Assembly (NCBI GenBank): GCA_028023455.1
Contig: JAQFVV010000002.1
Location: 11,718,001-11,782,000 of the forward strand
Origin: Epiperipatus broadwayi
Taxonomy: Eukaryota; Animalia; Onychophora
DNA: 64,000 bases
Direction: 5' to 3'
Part shown: positions 48,754 through 61,700 of the stretch, in pieces
How the letters are laid out: the number at the start of each line of letters is the position of its first letter
How positions within the stretch are numbered: position 1 is the first letter of the stretch
Notes under the pieces: model-generated
Seen by the model: only the letters and a program-made list of their open reading frames with translations
The model's database searches: none
Told to the model about the DNA's origin: nothing
Translations under genes and position numbers: made by a program

Positions 48754-49869
48754 ATGTAGAGGAAAAAATAAATGTGAAGGTTTTAATGATTCACAGCATA
48801 TAGAAACTTATTAATAAATAGGAACAAAAGTAAAATATTTCATTTTTTAAATTCATTAATGAATGATTATTAAAGTATGACCCAAAAAGGTAATTATGGC
48901 TGCTTTAATATTAAAATGGACTGAATTGAAGAAAAATACTGCAAGAACATATATTTAATACCACCCCCTTCCAAAAGTATTGGTAATTATTAAACATGAA
49001 ATAAAAACAATGGATTAACTTATTTGTAATACATATAAATTCTGTAATGTAATAGAAAAGTATGAAAATAAATATAGTATTTATAAAGGATATGAATATA
49101 AAACTTCTGAAAATTTTGTAAGTACTTCAGCGGGTTAAATCGCTTATATATGCTAAAATATAGTATAGTAAATTAATATAATAAATTTCATAATTTAATG
49201 TAACAGTAACTTTAATTATATATCTATCTTAATCCTAAAATTTCATTGTAAATAATTTGTATATTATAAATAGAAGAAAAAAAGAATCACAAAATAATGA
49301 ATCAATGATTTGTGATACACATAAACAAGTGGAGAGATTAACATTTGTGCATAACAATTTGGCAAAAAAACTTGGTAATGTCAAATATCTCCTCTCCTAA
49401 TATGATATGGAGAATGAAGCAAAATAATGATTTATTGCTAAATTGTTCATAATCAATGAATAAGACTTATTTTAAAAATTATGATAAGCATTTATTCAAG
49501 CATAAGATAAAAATAAAAATGGATAGGTCAGGATTATTATCTTATAAAATGCAGAAAGTAATGCAATTAATAGGGAAAATTATAAACTTAATTTGAAACT
49601 AAAGTTTAAGATAATATTTTATGATTTCAGTGATAAATAAAATTTATGCTTATAGACAAAATTTCCAGTTGCATCTTTCTCCTCTTCCATTCATTTTCGT
49701 GTATAATCGATATCTACTAAAAATATTAGATGATCATTTAACACACTAAAAAAACTTTATTAAATATTAGCAAATAATTTTTACTTAAAAAAACAAGTAT
49801 AAATTTCATGATAATTTGGTTTAGTAGTGACACTATAATATTGATAATGAATAGAGAAGATAATTATAG

Positions 49870-51340
49870 TAATAATCAATCAATCCATGTTTTGGGTTTC
49901 TGGTGTGATTGGATGTATAGGCTAGGTATTTTCCTGCATGGGTGGGTTTTGTCATGAGGAAGTCTTGTCACAAGAACATCTAAGAATGCCAATGTTTATT
50001 CTTGTTCTGATTCTATTGTGAATTTAATTGAAGGGGATATGTTGTTAATGTGTTTCCAGAAAGCTTGTAGCAGTATGCGGCCATACAACTAATGTATCAT
50101 CTACACAATGAAGCCAAACTTTAGGTGGATATGGAGTAGTTTTTATGGCTGTGGCTTTAAGTTCTCCCATGTAAATATTGTTAATCAGGACTGACTGTGT
50201 AATGGTGAGCCCATAACCATTCCTTCATTTTGTTGGAAGAATTCTATGTTATATTGAAAGTAAGTTGTTTTTATGCAGAATGGTAATAGTTCCATTATAC
50301 TATCCAACACAAAACATGGAATTATACTATCATTATAAAACAGAGAAAAAGAAGTTTGTTCAGAAATCAGCAATTTGAAAAAAGAAAAGATTTATATAGA
50401 ACAAATTCTTATGAAAAATGGTTATCCTTCAGCTATTATTAAGAAAACCTTAAATAGACAACAAAAAGAACCACCAAAAGAAAAAAACAATTATTGGTAC
50501 TGTAGTGTACCCATACATTCCTAAAATAGCAGACAAATTAAAGAAAATCTGCAATTAGTATAACATCAGAACATCTTTCCAGAGCCATATCACACTATGA
50601 GGAATTGTAATGCCTACAAAGCCTAAACTTGAAATGCTGAAAAGAAAAAATGGCATCTATAAAATACCATGTGAATGTGGAAGAACATATATGGGAAAGA
50701 CCAGTCATCCCATTTAAAAGCACTTGCAAAAACATAAATTGATGATTAGAAGAGAGAAAACAGATGTGTTTAAGTTAGCAGACCATGTATCTGCCAATGA
50801 ATATATGTTCAATTGAAAAAATACAAAAATATTGGATAGAGAAAAAAAGGTACAAAGAAGAAAATTTAAAGAAGTTGCTCACATGACAATGGCAAACAAT
50901 CCCATAAGCCAACCTAGTGTAACTACACATAAGGTATAAAAACCACTAATCAACTTTGCTCTTAGGAAAAGTGGAGAAATCAGGAGGACTCTCATAGATA
51001 AGTATATGAAATTTCTACTGACTGTTGCCTTTGGCAGGAATGGCTGTTGGTTAGAGCATTACCTTAAAATTCAATATTCAAGAATCTAAGGGCCCGGTTT
51101 GCATGCTATTACTATCAATGGTCAGGCCAGCAACACCCGAAGAAGAGGGGAGAACAATCCTTCTTGACACATTGTGCATATACTGACCTGTTTGATGTGC
51201 TATTACTAACAGTTGAATGTATTTGAAATATTTAAATAAAGTTAATTTTTTCTAAAGACATTCAATACTCATATTAGATGGTGGAAATAGTCCAATATAA
51301 AACTACAACTGAACCATTATCATCACAAACCTTCAAAAAA
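49870..51340. mobile_element. PLE (family B parent) with 5' inversion: RT on minus (49870-50340), thumb + GIY-YIG + pLTR on plus (50340-51340)
   Basis: Minus: CIKTTYFQY..QQNEGMVMGSPL and KVWLHCVDDT. Plus: KNGYP, YPYIPKI, GIYKIPCECGRTYMGKT and ILDRE..RRKFKE. The pLTR contains a tRNA-like A box and a decayed HHR (51134-51176). Confidence 0.9.
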
Positions 51341-51399
51341 CACTCTAATGACTATGTTGTTATTTCTTCAAAAATCAACACTTTTAATAAATAATATAC

Positions 51400-52640
51400 T
51401 TTCTTTAAAATCTATATTTGTTTTTTTTTCTATGGATACAAAATTATATCATTTTGAATAAATTTTCATTATCACAATTCAGAAAAATGTGAGAATCTGC
51501 TTTAGATCTACTCTGAGATAAAAAATGTACTCTTCTACAATGTTACTTTTGGATTTGTTTCTAATTTTCATAACTGCTTACAATAAGGCTTATGTTTTTA
51601 ATCAAATAAAATTACTTCATTATTATTATTGGTTTCATGAATTATCTTGAGAGGAAAAAGTAGAAATATTTTTTAATGGGAATAATAACATTGTTAGAGT
51701 TAAAAATCAATGGTTTCTCCAACAAATAATCATTTTTAATACACTTAAATTTCTTTATTATTACAAGAACATTGAGATATTTTAATTATAGGTTATATAG
51801 TTCTCATTTTTAGTTTATTATTTTTGATTTTCTTAGTCATAGTTGGCTTTTCCTAATTTATTTGAAATTAAAGTAATGTTATGCAAACATGCATTTCACT
51901 TACTTAACACGATTCTTCAATAAGTTGTTTTATATGATATTCTTCTCTTTCATGTTACAAAAAAATGTGGTTTCTCTTTTATCAAAATAAGAAATCTGCA
52001 AAGTCCCACAGAAAATTCATTAGCCTTCGTATTTATGTCTTTAGTATTTTCTAATTCCATGTAGTCTTTAAAATGTGATATTTATTATTTTCTATTCCAT
52101 TATCATAGGATTATCTTTGTATTTTAAAGTCATTCTTATCATTATTCATTTTTAATATAAATTCAAAACATTTTTTTTATCTTCACTTAATTCATACCTA
52201 TTTTCTATAAATTCATTATTTCCATTCTTTCTAATTGTCAATGCCTACACTATAATAATAAATTAATAATTTCTACATTTTTTTCACATAATTTACAAAA
52301 TAAATCTTCCAGAATATTTCACTTTCTTTAATTGCAATGTTTCTGTTCAAGCTTTAAAGGATAAATTATTTTTCTTACTATTATCATAAAATGATCTATT
52401 CTTAAGAATCTATGTATTTTTATATACAAACTTTTTTTGTATTCTATATTTACCCTCTATCTTTCTAACTCTCTGCCTTTTATTAGTTATAATATTCTCT
52501 TATCTAAATCTTTATTTCTCATAACATATTTATCCCAATTTTTATATAAATAAATCAAAACAAAATCTTTCTCTAATATTTTATAAAATTCCTTTATGTT
52601 TATTATTTATCCTTATTGCTTGTGATTTCATTAAAACCTA
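51400..52640 (-). mobile_element. Decayed L1/Tx1-like LINE fragment (endonuclease/tether region)
   Basis: A-rich minus strand with LRIDHF and IKEKPHF motifs. Confidence 0.4.
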
Positions 52641-52956
52641 AATAAAATCTATTTTAGTTGTTCTATTAATAACCATAAACTGCAAAAGTAAACAAACATT
52701 TTCAACTTTTTTTTTTAACCCTTAGCTAAAAACTTGATCATCCTACCTTTACTTGAATTGCTACATTTGCTGTCCACACACTAGCTTCTAGAGCATGGAC
52801 ATCCAACCCGTGGCCCAAGAGTCAATCTATGACTATAGCCTAATGCAAAATTATAAACTTATTAAAAACCTTACGAGATTTTTTTGTGGTTATGGGTCGC
52901 AATATGATTAAAATAAACATATATAAACTCAAATACATGAAATAACCAACATGCTT

Positions 52957-54904
52957 CAGGTTTCCCAAAGTGGGCTGTACCCCCCAGTGGGCAGTGAAGA
53001 CTTCTAGGGGAGTGATAATGGATTCAGAAGCATTTGGGGGGTGTTCAGGTAGTCTAGCCTTTTCTCCAGATGCACGGATCACTGGCTTTAACTCACTTTC
53101 AAACTGCTAATGTTTATGTTATTTTACCAATTTTATGGTTATTTTATAAATTGTTTTAAGTGCAAGAATATATAAAAAAGGGGGATACTCAGAATAATTG
53201 TAAATGTTTTGCACATTTTTGATGGTTTTTTTCTCTATTAACAAGTTAAAAGGAATGCAGGTTATTATTGTATGGCTAATTTTAAATTTTACTAATAGAT
53301 AAAAGTGGTCATCCTATTTATTATATTTTTTGTTAAAAAAATAAAGTAATTTAAGGCCAATATCAGCTGAGAGAATCTAAAAATTTGTCATATCTCAGAT
53401 TTGTTTTGAATCTTTTGTAAAGATGGAAAAAGTTATTTCCATTGTATTAAAATTAAAATCTATATGTAAAATGGAATTCTTTAAGGAATTAAAAGGGTCT
53501 GAGTAGAAAATGAAAGAAATGAAAGATAAAAAGGTGTAAAAAGCTGTATCAAATGTGTTATGATCAATTATCATAGAAATTTGAGATAACGGCTGTAATA
53601 GTGAAAGAGGGGTATCAATTTGTATTGATATAGGTGTGCTATAAAAGATTTTCAACAGGTGATGTGGAAGGTCTCTTCTGAGTTTGTTTTCCTTGCCATG
53701 TTTTGTTTGCTGGGCGGTTAAGGGTTTGCTGAACTAAGAGAAATATTCTAGTTGTAAAGCAGTGGAGAACATTATGAAAGAAGGCAGAGCTGAGTCTAGC
53801 TTCAAATTATAATCTGTCCAGAATTTGCATAATCGACTCTTGGTTGGCTGCTATCATTATTATGAAGATTTCTAGAGAACACTGAGAAATATAAAAATGC
53901 CTAAATTTTTATCATTAAAATGCTAATGAAGTAAACTCCCAATGTTAGTGCACCAGCCAAACTCCTATGCTGCTGTCATGTAGTCACAGATGCTAGCTGA
54001 TGATAATGAACACTTTAATGCCTACATTTTGCCATGAAGAAGGAAAGCCCTCACCACCTTGTTATCATGGTTTATAGTGCACTTAAAAGTTACTAAGTCC
54101 AGAGATGGCTAATGGAAAAAAAACAGAATGAAGCCGGATGGTATAATTTTGTTGTATTTTTATTATTATTTGTATTTTTTTTTTTGTTTCTCTATAAATT
54201 ATTATTTGATTTTCCCACTTTAAAAAGTTGTACCAAATTATTTTCTGGAATGCTTGTGCATATGCCAAGATGTAGATATATATATATTTGTTTGTTGTTG
54301 TTTGCTTTTAACACACTGTTCTATTTGAGAAAAGAGTAACTTACTTTGCATGAAATTATTATTATTATTTTTGTAATCTCTATATGTGATTATTGAAAAT
54401 TTATTGACATGCTGATTTGTTTGTTTTATTGGCAGTGGTATTTCCTTCTTGAAAGTGTTTTTTCCTTCCTGAAAGTGGCACATAAAGGTGAGGTTTAGGT
54501 TCAGCCTTTCAAAGATACACTGCCTAAAACTTTGTGGTACCAATTAGCAGGGTATTCGAGTTTTGGATAGGGAGAAATCACGAAATATAATCAATTTTGG
54601 TTTGATTTCACTCATTTAAACTTAAATCTAATAACTTTAACTTTGTTTTCTTTTTCTTCTTGTTATTGATATTGAGTTTATGTTGATGCCTTATTCCGAT
54701 GTGTGACATTAACATCATGTTATATCTTGTGTGCATTGAATGCATTATGGGGTAGGCATCAGCTGGTACAGTATCATTAGTTGCTATTTACATCAAAAAT
54801 ATCAAACAGATTGAACATGGAAAACTGTTATACTTAGGGCAAGTGCTACAAAATTTTATGTCTTGCAAAGGGGGCAGTGGCCTAATAAAGTTTGGGAACC
54901 TATG
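52957..54904. mobile_element. hAT-like element Y (about 1.95 kb) containing decayed internal sequence
   Basis: Ends CAGGTTTCCCAAAGTGG and AAAGTTTGGGAACCTATG, followed by TTCTAGAG. Confidence 0.5.
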
Positions 54905-54912
54905 TTCTAGAG

Positions 54913-55394
54913 CATGGATATCCAACCTGTGGCCCAAAGGTCAGTTTATGATTATAGTCTAATGCAAAATTGTAAACTTATTAAAAACATTATGAGATTT
55001 TTTTGTGATTATGGGTCACAATATGATTAAAACAAACATATATAAACTCTCAAATACAATGTGAAATAACCACCATACTTCAGGTTTACCTCTTTTTTAA
55101 TATATATATATACAATGTTTTCTAACTTAGATATGTACACTTTCTATTTTAGTGATCAAAAACTTGAAATCTGCTCAACAATTTTAAAAGAATATTTGAA
55201 TGGCTTCCTGTGTAATTATGATTATTATTTAAGAACTTTTTTGCTTATTTGTGGCAGTGGATATCATGAAAATTATGGCAAGGCATTTTTTTTTCTTATT
55301 AGCTATTGGTAATGTTTGTATATTTAATGTGAGGCCCAAGACAACTCTTCTTTTTCCAATGTGGCCCAGAGAAACCAAAAGATTGGATACTCTG
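54913..55394. mobile_element. hAT-like MITE X; its first 170 bp is also present at 52794-52963
   Basis: Ends CATGGATATCCAACC / TTGGATACTCTG, preceded by TTCTAGAG. Confidence 0.6.
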
Positions 55395-55619
55395 GCTGTA
55401 GAGGAAAATCATTCCTTCTAGAATATTTAATATTCTTTTATGAATATTATTTCTAAATGTTATATTTTCTAACACAATTCTCTTCAATACAATTCTTGCT
55501 ATATCATAATACTTATTATACAAAAATAAAATTAATTTTTTTGTTGTTGGTTTTTTTATTTATTTTGCACCATTTAACAGTTTTATTTCCCAATTCTTCA
55601 AATACTAATTTTGATTAAT

Positions 55620-55890
55620 GAAATTGATTCCAAAAAATATATACTTATTTATCTCCTTCATATCTATTTTCCCTAAATTGTCTTTCCGTGGTATTTATTA
55701 CCGTTATTTTTATAAAAATTAAATTAAACCCCCATTTCTTACCCATCTTTGCACAGGTCATCAATGTATTGTTACATCTTTCTTATTTTCTATATGCAAA
55801 AATATATCATCAGCAAACAGAAGGTTTAGCAAACATTTAACTTTATCCATTAAAAGTGATTAAACATTTTTCAAATCCTTTTATTGTCAA
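55620..55890 (-). mobile_element. LINE RT fragment
   Basis: NLLFADDIFL motif on the minus strand at about 55795-55830. Confidence 0.6.
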
Positions 55891-55900
55891 CAACACTTTA

Positions 55901-56018
55901 AATAGTCAAGCGTTGTTAGCCGAGAGGTGAGCGCAGCTGCCTTGCAAGCAAGTAGTTGTTTGCAGACGGTTGTGGGTTCGCCTCCAGGCAGATGCTATGA
56001 CATATGGGAAAAAAAAAC
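55901..56018 (+). mobile_element. tRNA-derived SINE (long variable arm, anticodon loop CTTGCAA)
   Basis: 11-bp TSD ACAACACTTTA (55890-55900 / 56019-56029), A box TAGCCGAGAGG, B box GGTTCGCCTCC and A tail. Confidence 0.8.
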
Positions 56019-57316
56019 ACAACACTTTACGTAATTATAATAAAAACGATATAAAAGATATATATTATTTTTAACATTGAGTCTACATTTCTAATTGATA
56101 AATATAACAGTTATTTTTATATAGTTTCATAATTAGATTTACTGATTTTTCATCTAGTCTTCTATTCTGTCTACTAAAAGTCTCTCTACCTACAAAAGCT
56201 GTATGTACAAATTTGAGTACTTGTTTATTCATTTCTATAACTTTTATAATTACAAATAAACTATTCTCCCTACTTACATAGTTATCAGGTCTTTACCTAC
56301 TTAATTACTTTTTAACTACCATATAAATTAATAATTTTATAAACTTCTGAAGTTGCTGCAACTAGTTTATAATTATTTTCTGTTTTTATTTTTAAATAAT
56401 TTAATCTCATTATTGTACTTTTTTGAATTATTTGGATCGATCGATCCCCCCCCCCCCATTGCCAATATTAAAATATTAAAGCAATATAACAAAAGTTGTT
56501 CCCATATTCATAAAAATGTTTATCACCCATTTATCCCTATCTGCCACATTTTCATTTTTCAATTTTTGTGGAGTCTAATCAATTCATCCTCTGTAACATT
56601 TATCTTATTATATGTTCTTTTTTAAAATTTCTATATTTGTTCATAATTGCTTAAAATTATCTTTAATCATTGTCTAAGGTTAAATTATCATTATTTCTTG
56701 AATTATTTGATGTTTCCAGTAAGAATGACCTCCAAACAGTATGACACAAACTTACTTGACGAAACTCTATAATATAAAACAGAATGAATTAACCTAGAGA
56801 ATTATGGAAATTATCACTAATAATAAAAATCAAATATATCAATGTCTTGATCATAACATTCTATTGCTATAACATCTGTTTAAAGACAGGATCCATAATA
56901 TTATAGTATCATTTTACAAAAGATGATAAATTAAATAATTAAATATTTTATTTTGATTTTCCTCTAAGAAATTAATCTATTTTTTTAAACAAAAGATAGA
57001 ATATATCTTTCATCTAATCAAATAAATAAATTCTAATACATTCAAAAATTAATCAGAATAGATTTTAAAGTATTCAGCAATGTTTAGATGGAAAAATTAT
57101 TTGATAAGGAAAGTCGCTTTCAATAACTTTAAAAGATTTGAGAAATACGATATACATTTAAAAATATATATAAAACATATTTATATATTATAATATATAT
57201 TTTATTAACAAACTTCATTAGCAATCCTATGGGATTATGTAATGCAAATATGAACTGCTGAAATATGTTTATGTTTAAAATAGATATTGTATTTTAATAA
57301 TTGTCTGTGACAAAAG

Positions 57317-57715
57317 ATCATCATCATCATCAACAACCATTATCAATCCACTGCAGGATGAAGGTCTCTCCAAATTCAACCAATCTTCTTTGATCTTTAA
57401 CTTCTCTTTTCCACATCATCCCTGCACACTTTCTTATTTCATCCATCCATCTCACATGTGGTCTCTTTCTGGGTCTTTTATAATCTCTTGGAATCCAGTT
57501 TAAGATTTCAATTGTCCATCTATTATCATCTCTTCTAGAAATATGTACAGCCCAACACCACTTCAGTCTTTTAATTTTTTCAATAAGGTCAGTAACATCT
57601 GTTTGTTCTCTTACCCACATATTGCATTTTTGATCTCTTCTTGTTACTCCTAACATGCATTTCACCATACTTCTTTGAGATATTCTGAGATTTATGTTGT
57701 GCATCAAAAGCTTCA
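57317..57715 (-). mobile_element. RTE 3' fragment
   Basis: ORF 57330-57740 (LKWCWAVHISRRDDNRWT..RPRKRPHVRWMDEI) and TGA tail. Confidence 0.95.
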
Positions 57716-57974
57716 GTTTTCTCAGTAATGTTTTACACATACATAATCATGCAAGAGACATCAAATTACAAAATAAACATCATTAGAATCCATTTATAAT
57801 CAAAATAAAAATTCATATAACACTACAATACTAGCCAAAACAAGTTAGTAAAATTCTTACACAATCATGATTTCATCTATTAACAAATAAATCTTCTCAA
57901 TTGAAATTCAACTAAACATACAACATATATATACAAAACAGTATTCCCTTCATTCATTTTATATATATATATTA

Positions 57975-58112
57975 TCTAACAAGCTTGCCAATAGCTTTTA
58001 ATAAGCTTTTCAGAATATCCCCAACCCCAGACTAGTTTCTGTCTTCCTCATTGAGGTGCTAGGATATTCAAGCATTAGATTTAAAATACCACATCAAGCC
58101 CAGCACTTTATC
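57975..58112 (-). mobile_element. Decayed relative linking families A and D
   Basis: D-like flanks (GAGGTGCTAGGATA..CATTAGATTTAAAATACC) around A-type HHR ends (CCTCA..GAAACTAGTCTGGGG). Confidence 0.6.
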
Positions 58113-58616
58113 TAATTAAATTAGGTCATGTGATATATGACTTGATTTCTTTGCATATATATATATATATATTGTATGTTTAGTTTGAATTGCACTTGAG
58201 GTCTATTTGTTAATAGATGAATCCATGGTTGTGTAAGACTTTTAGTAAATTTTTATTGTTTTGACAGTATTGTAGTATTATATGTATTTCTATTTTATTT
58301 TTAATTGCTAGTATAGTGTTGAGCAATATTTAATTTTATTTATAATTAAATATGTCCATTCTAACTAAAAAAAAAAAACCAAAAACAAATATAGAACATT
58401 TAAAAGCAAAGAAATCTAGAGTTCAAATTGCATTACATGTAAGTAAACAATGAAAACATAGTAGTGTAAAAATGCAATTTCATTATCATAATTAGGATAG
58501 AGAGATGACCAATGACATGAGAAGTTTACAATAACTGAGCCCTATGAATTTTCATATTTTTCTTGTAATTAAAGATAGCAAAATAAAAAATAGACAATGA
58601 GAAAATAAGTAAGAAA

Positions 58617-58945
58617 AAACAGGCAAAACTCTCCATACAGTAGTGCCACCCTGTGCCAACCAGAGTAATCAACCCCAGACTAGTTTCTGGCTTGTGGTTT
58701 TCATCAGTGAGGAGCCTTGGATCTGAGAGCACTGCACCTAGATCTTATGATCTAATGCAACCCTCCAGCAGCCACCTTTTATCTCTACTTAAATACAAAA
58801 CTAGATGGGAATTTTATGCATAAGCCTTCTGGCATCCATTAACTACTCTGGTTGGCACAGGGTAGCATTACTGTATGGAAAGTTTTGCCTGTTTAATAAC
58901 AGTTATGTGCTAGCATAAGAGATGGTGATCATGTGATGTTTAGTG
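58617..58945. mobile_element. Family A element with inversion; HHR 58673-58712 (minus), stem II mutated
   Basis: Homology to 1555-2147. Confidence 0.9.
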
Positions 58946-59699
58946 ATAAAATGAATAAGTCTGACTAATTTACTTCCAAATATTAGGAATAATAATTAGT
59001 AAATCAAATAAAAAAAAATATAATTTTAAATCATTATTCATTAAGTTATATATTTGCATATGTTCACATATAAGTTCAAAATTAAACACACTTCTATACA
59101 TCAACATAATAAGAATAATAACAAGAATATGAAATCAATAATATATAAAGAACTACTACTAATTTAATCATCTTATTTTGTAAATTATGGCATGCAAGTG
59201 AGATTCTGCTAGGAAAAATTGTTTCTTCCAGAAAGAAAATAATTCTAGTAAAGAATTTCATATAAAAAATTATGAAGAGGCAACATAATATCTAATAAAT
59301 AATTATAATTAAAAAAATTAATTTTATCCTACACAAATTATTTTATAAAGTAGACTTAAAACTTTCCAGCTTAATATTTCTTTTATACATATAATTATTT
59401 CTGAATAGGAATACAACTTACTGATATGAGTTCTAAACTTCACAGTTTATTAGTTACAATAAAGTTATACATAGTTATTATTAAAATAAATAATGATGCA
59501 CACAACAAATAATGACAAATTATTATTGAAAACATAAAAGCATTCATGGACTTATTTCTGTTAGAAGTTTGGTATCTCTATCACCAATGAAAGTTGTAAT
59601 CATATTATAGTATATACTTGGGTTCCCTAAAAAAAAGAACTGTTCTGAAACTTTTTCTAACAATGATCTTATTATTAGTGATTTGATTAAAATGAAATG

Positions 59700-61700
59700 T
59701 GGTATTTTATGTTTGAGAGAATAAATTAAATATGGAGCTTCATAATAAATATAGAGATAATTAAAAATGGAAATTCAATGACTGACAAAAATTTTTTTAA
59801 ATGATTAGTAAATTAAAATGGCAAAAAAGATACATTTCACTACTCATGATAATTCCAAATCTTTTTCTGAGGCACTTAAAGCAACATATGTATTTGAGGA
59901 ACAGTATTACAATCCTATTAAATCCAGTAATGGCACCCTTTTATAAGAAGATAATGATACCAAAGAAATATTTTGATTATCATTTGAATTGAGATGACAA
60001 CTTTTAATGATGTATCATATTACATACCCGTTTAGATTTAAATAAACATATCCAACTTAAAAAAGTTAAAACAGTTCTCCGTAATTTTAAAAATGGGATG
60101 GTTGCAAGTCCTAATAAAAAAAATAGAAATTTTAAAGTATGGTGGTAATATTTTAGTTTCAAAATTATTGGTGCTTTTTAGGAATATTTGGACTTGTGAA
60201 GTTGTGCAGCCTGATCTTAAGAATGCTCATCCACCCAACTAAAGATAATAGGTGCAATAAATAGTGGTAATATCATTTATCCACTGCAGTAAAAGCATTT
60301 TCATTTTGTTGAATAGGTTGCTTCCAGTTATAGATGAACGATTATTTGAAACTCAAGTGTAATTTTAGAAAATTAAGAATCACTATAGATATAGTTTGTG
60401 TTGCCAGAGAAATAAAAGAAAAATGTCAAAAACTAAAGTGATTACTATAACGGTCAAATATCCAATACAATTTATTTGTCCATAATGTTGTCACAAATAC
60501 GTAAATAAATAATCAATCAAAATAAGATTGAAATAAACAACTATTAATAACTATATTATAATATTTATCAAACCAGTTTTCATCTTCATTGAAACCTTCC
60601 CATATCTTGAGAAGGTTTCAAGGGAGATGAAAGTCCGTTCAATAAATATTATAATATAGTTATTAATAGTTGTTTATTTTGATTTTATATTGATTGATTA
60701 TTTATTTATATAAAATACTGATTTATATATTGTTTTTATAGATTTGGTCAAGATATTTGACCCAATTAATCAAAAAGATCTACAGCATTGTTTGAATTTA
60801 GTTAGTTGGCCAAAAAAATATGTGACATTATACTGATTTTACACAATTGAATGAGAGGGTTATTATTTCAGAAAGAAAAAATTAGATGTATTTGAAATGA
60901 AAACTGGTATTAAATAAAGAACTTGATCCAACATGAGTTGTATTTTTATGATTGGTCTTTGGAACTATTTATATGTGCCTTAATGAAACAGGAATCAAGA
61001 TGTGATACAAGTTTGATAATGGAATTTTTAATTTGAATCAATTAAAAGTGAAGTCAAAAACTTCATTTTCATGGATTTAGGATTTATAGTATTCTGATGA
61101 AAATGCTATTTTTTCCAGGAAGAAAAATCCTCAATAACATTTAAATTGGATAATTGTCAACTTAAGAATGTAAATCAGTTTAAATATGTCAATAGTTTTA
61201 TATGTAAAAAAAAATGGACATGCACAAATTCCAATATGCTGCTGTGCTTTTAACAAATTAAAAATTTCATCACCTAAAAACAACTATTATAATTGTATTA
61301 TCTGTATATTAGAAAGAGTTGAACACTTATTAATGCAATATAAATATTACAAAAGTTGTTCTGTAAAATTTTAAAAATACAATGGCTTGACCATAAAACC
61401 GATTAATATGCTTTTCAACTTATTGGCTGTAATTCTATATGGCTGTAATTCTATATATTTAATAGTGTAAATCATATCTTTGTTAAATTAGATAATATAA
61501 AATAATAATCAAAACAAGACATCCTAAAAGGTGTCTTATAGTAAATTTGAACGTAGTTTTCATGGAAGAGGTAGACATCGTTTATGTTATAAAGATTATC
61601 ACAAAAACATTCCAAAGGAATTCAATGTTACTGTTTCCATTGGAAAATATGGCAGAGAATAATGCATTAGAAAGCTACAAATAAGCGTAAGATTGAAATA
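59700..61700 (+). mobile_element. Old RTE-like LINE remnant
   Basis: Degenerate ILKYGG, DLVKIFD, NQFKY and GRHRLCYKD motifs. Confidence 0.5.
60502..60708. repeat. Fold-back insertion, arms of about 65 bp plus nested inner stem
   Basis: AT-rich outer arms and inner TTGAAACCTTC / GAAGGTTTCAA stem. Confidence 0.85.
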
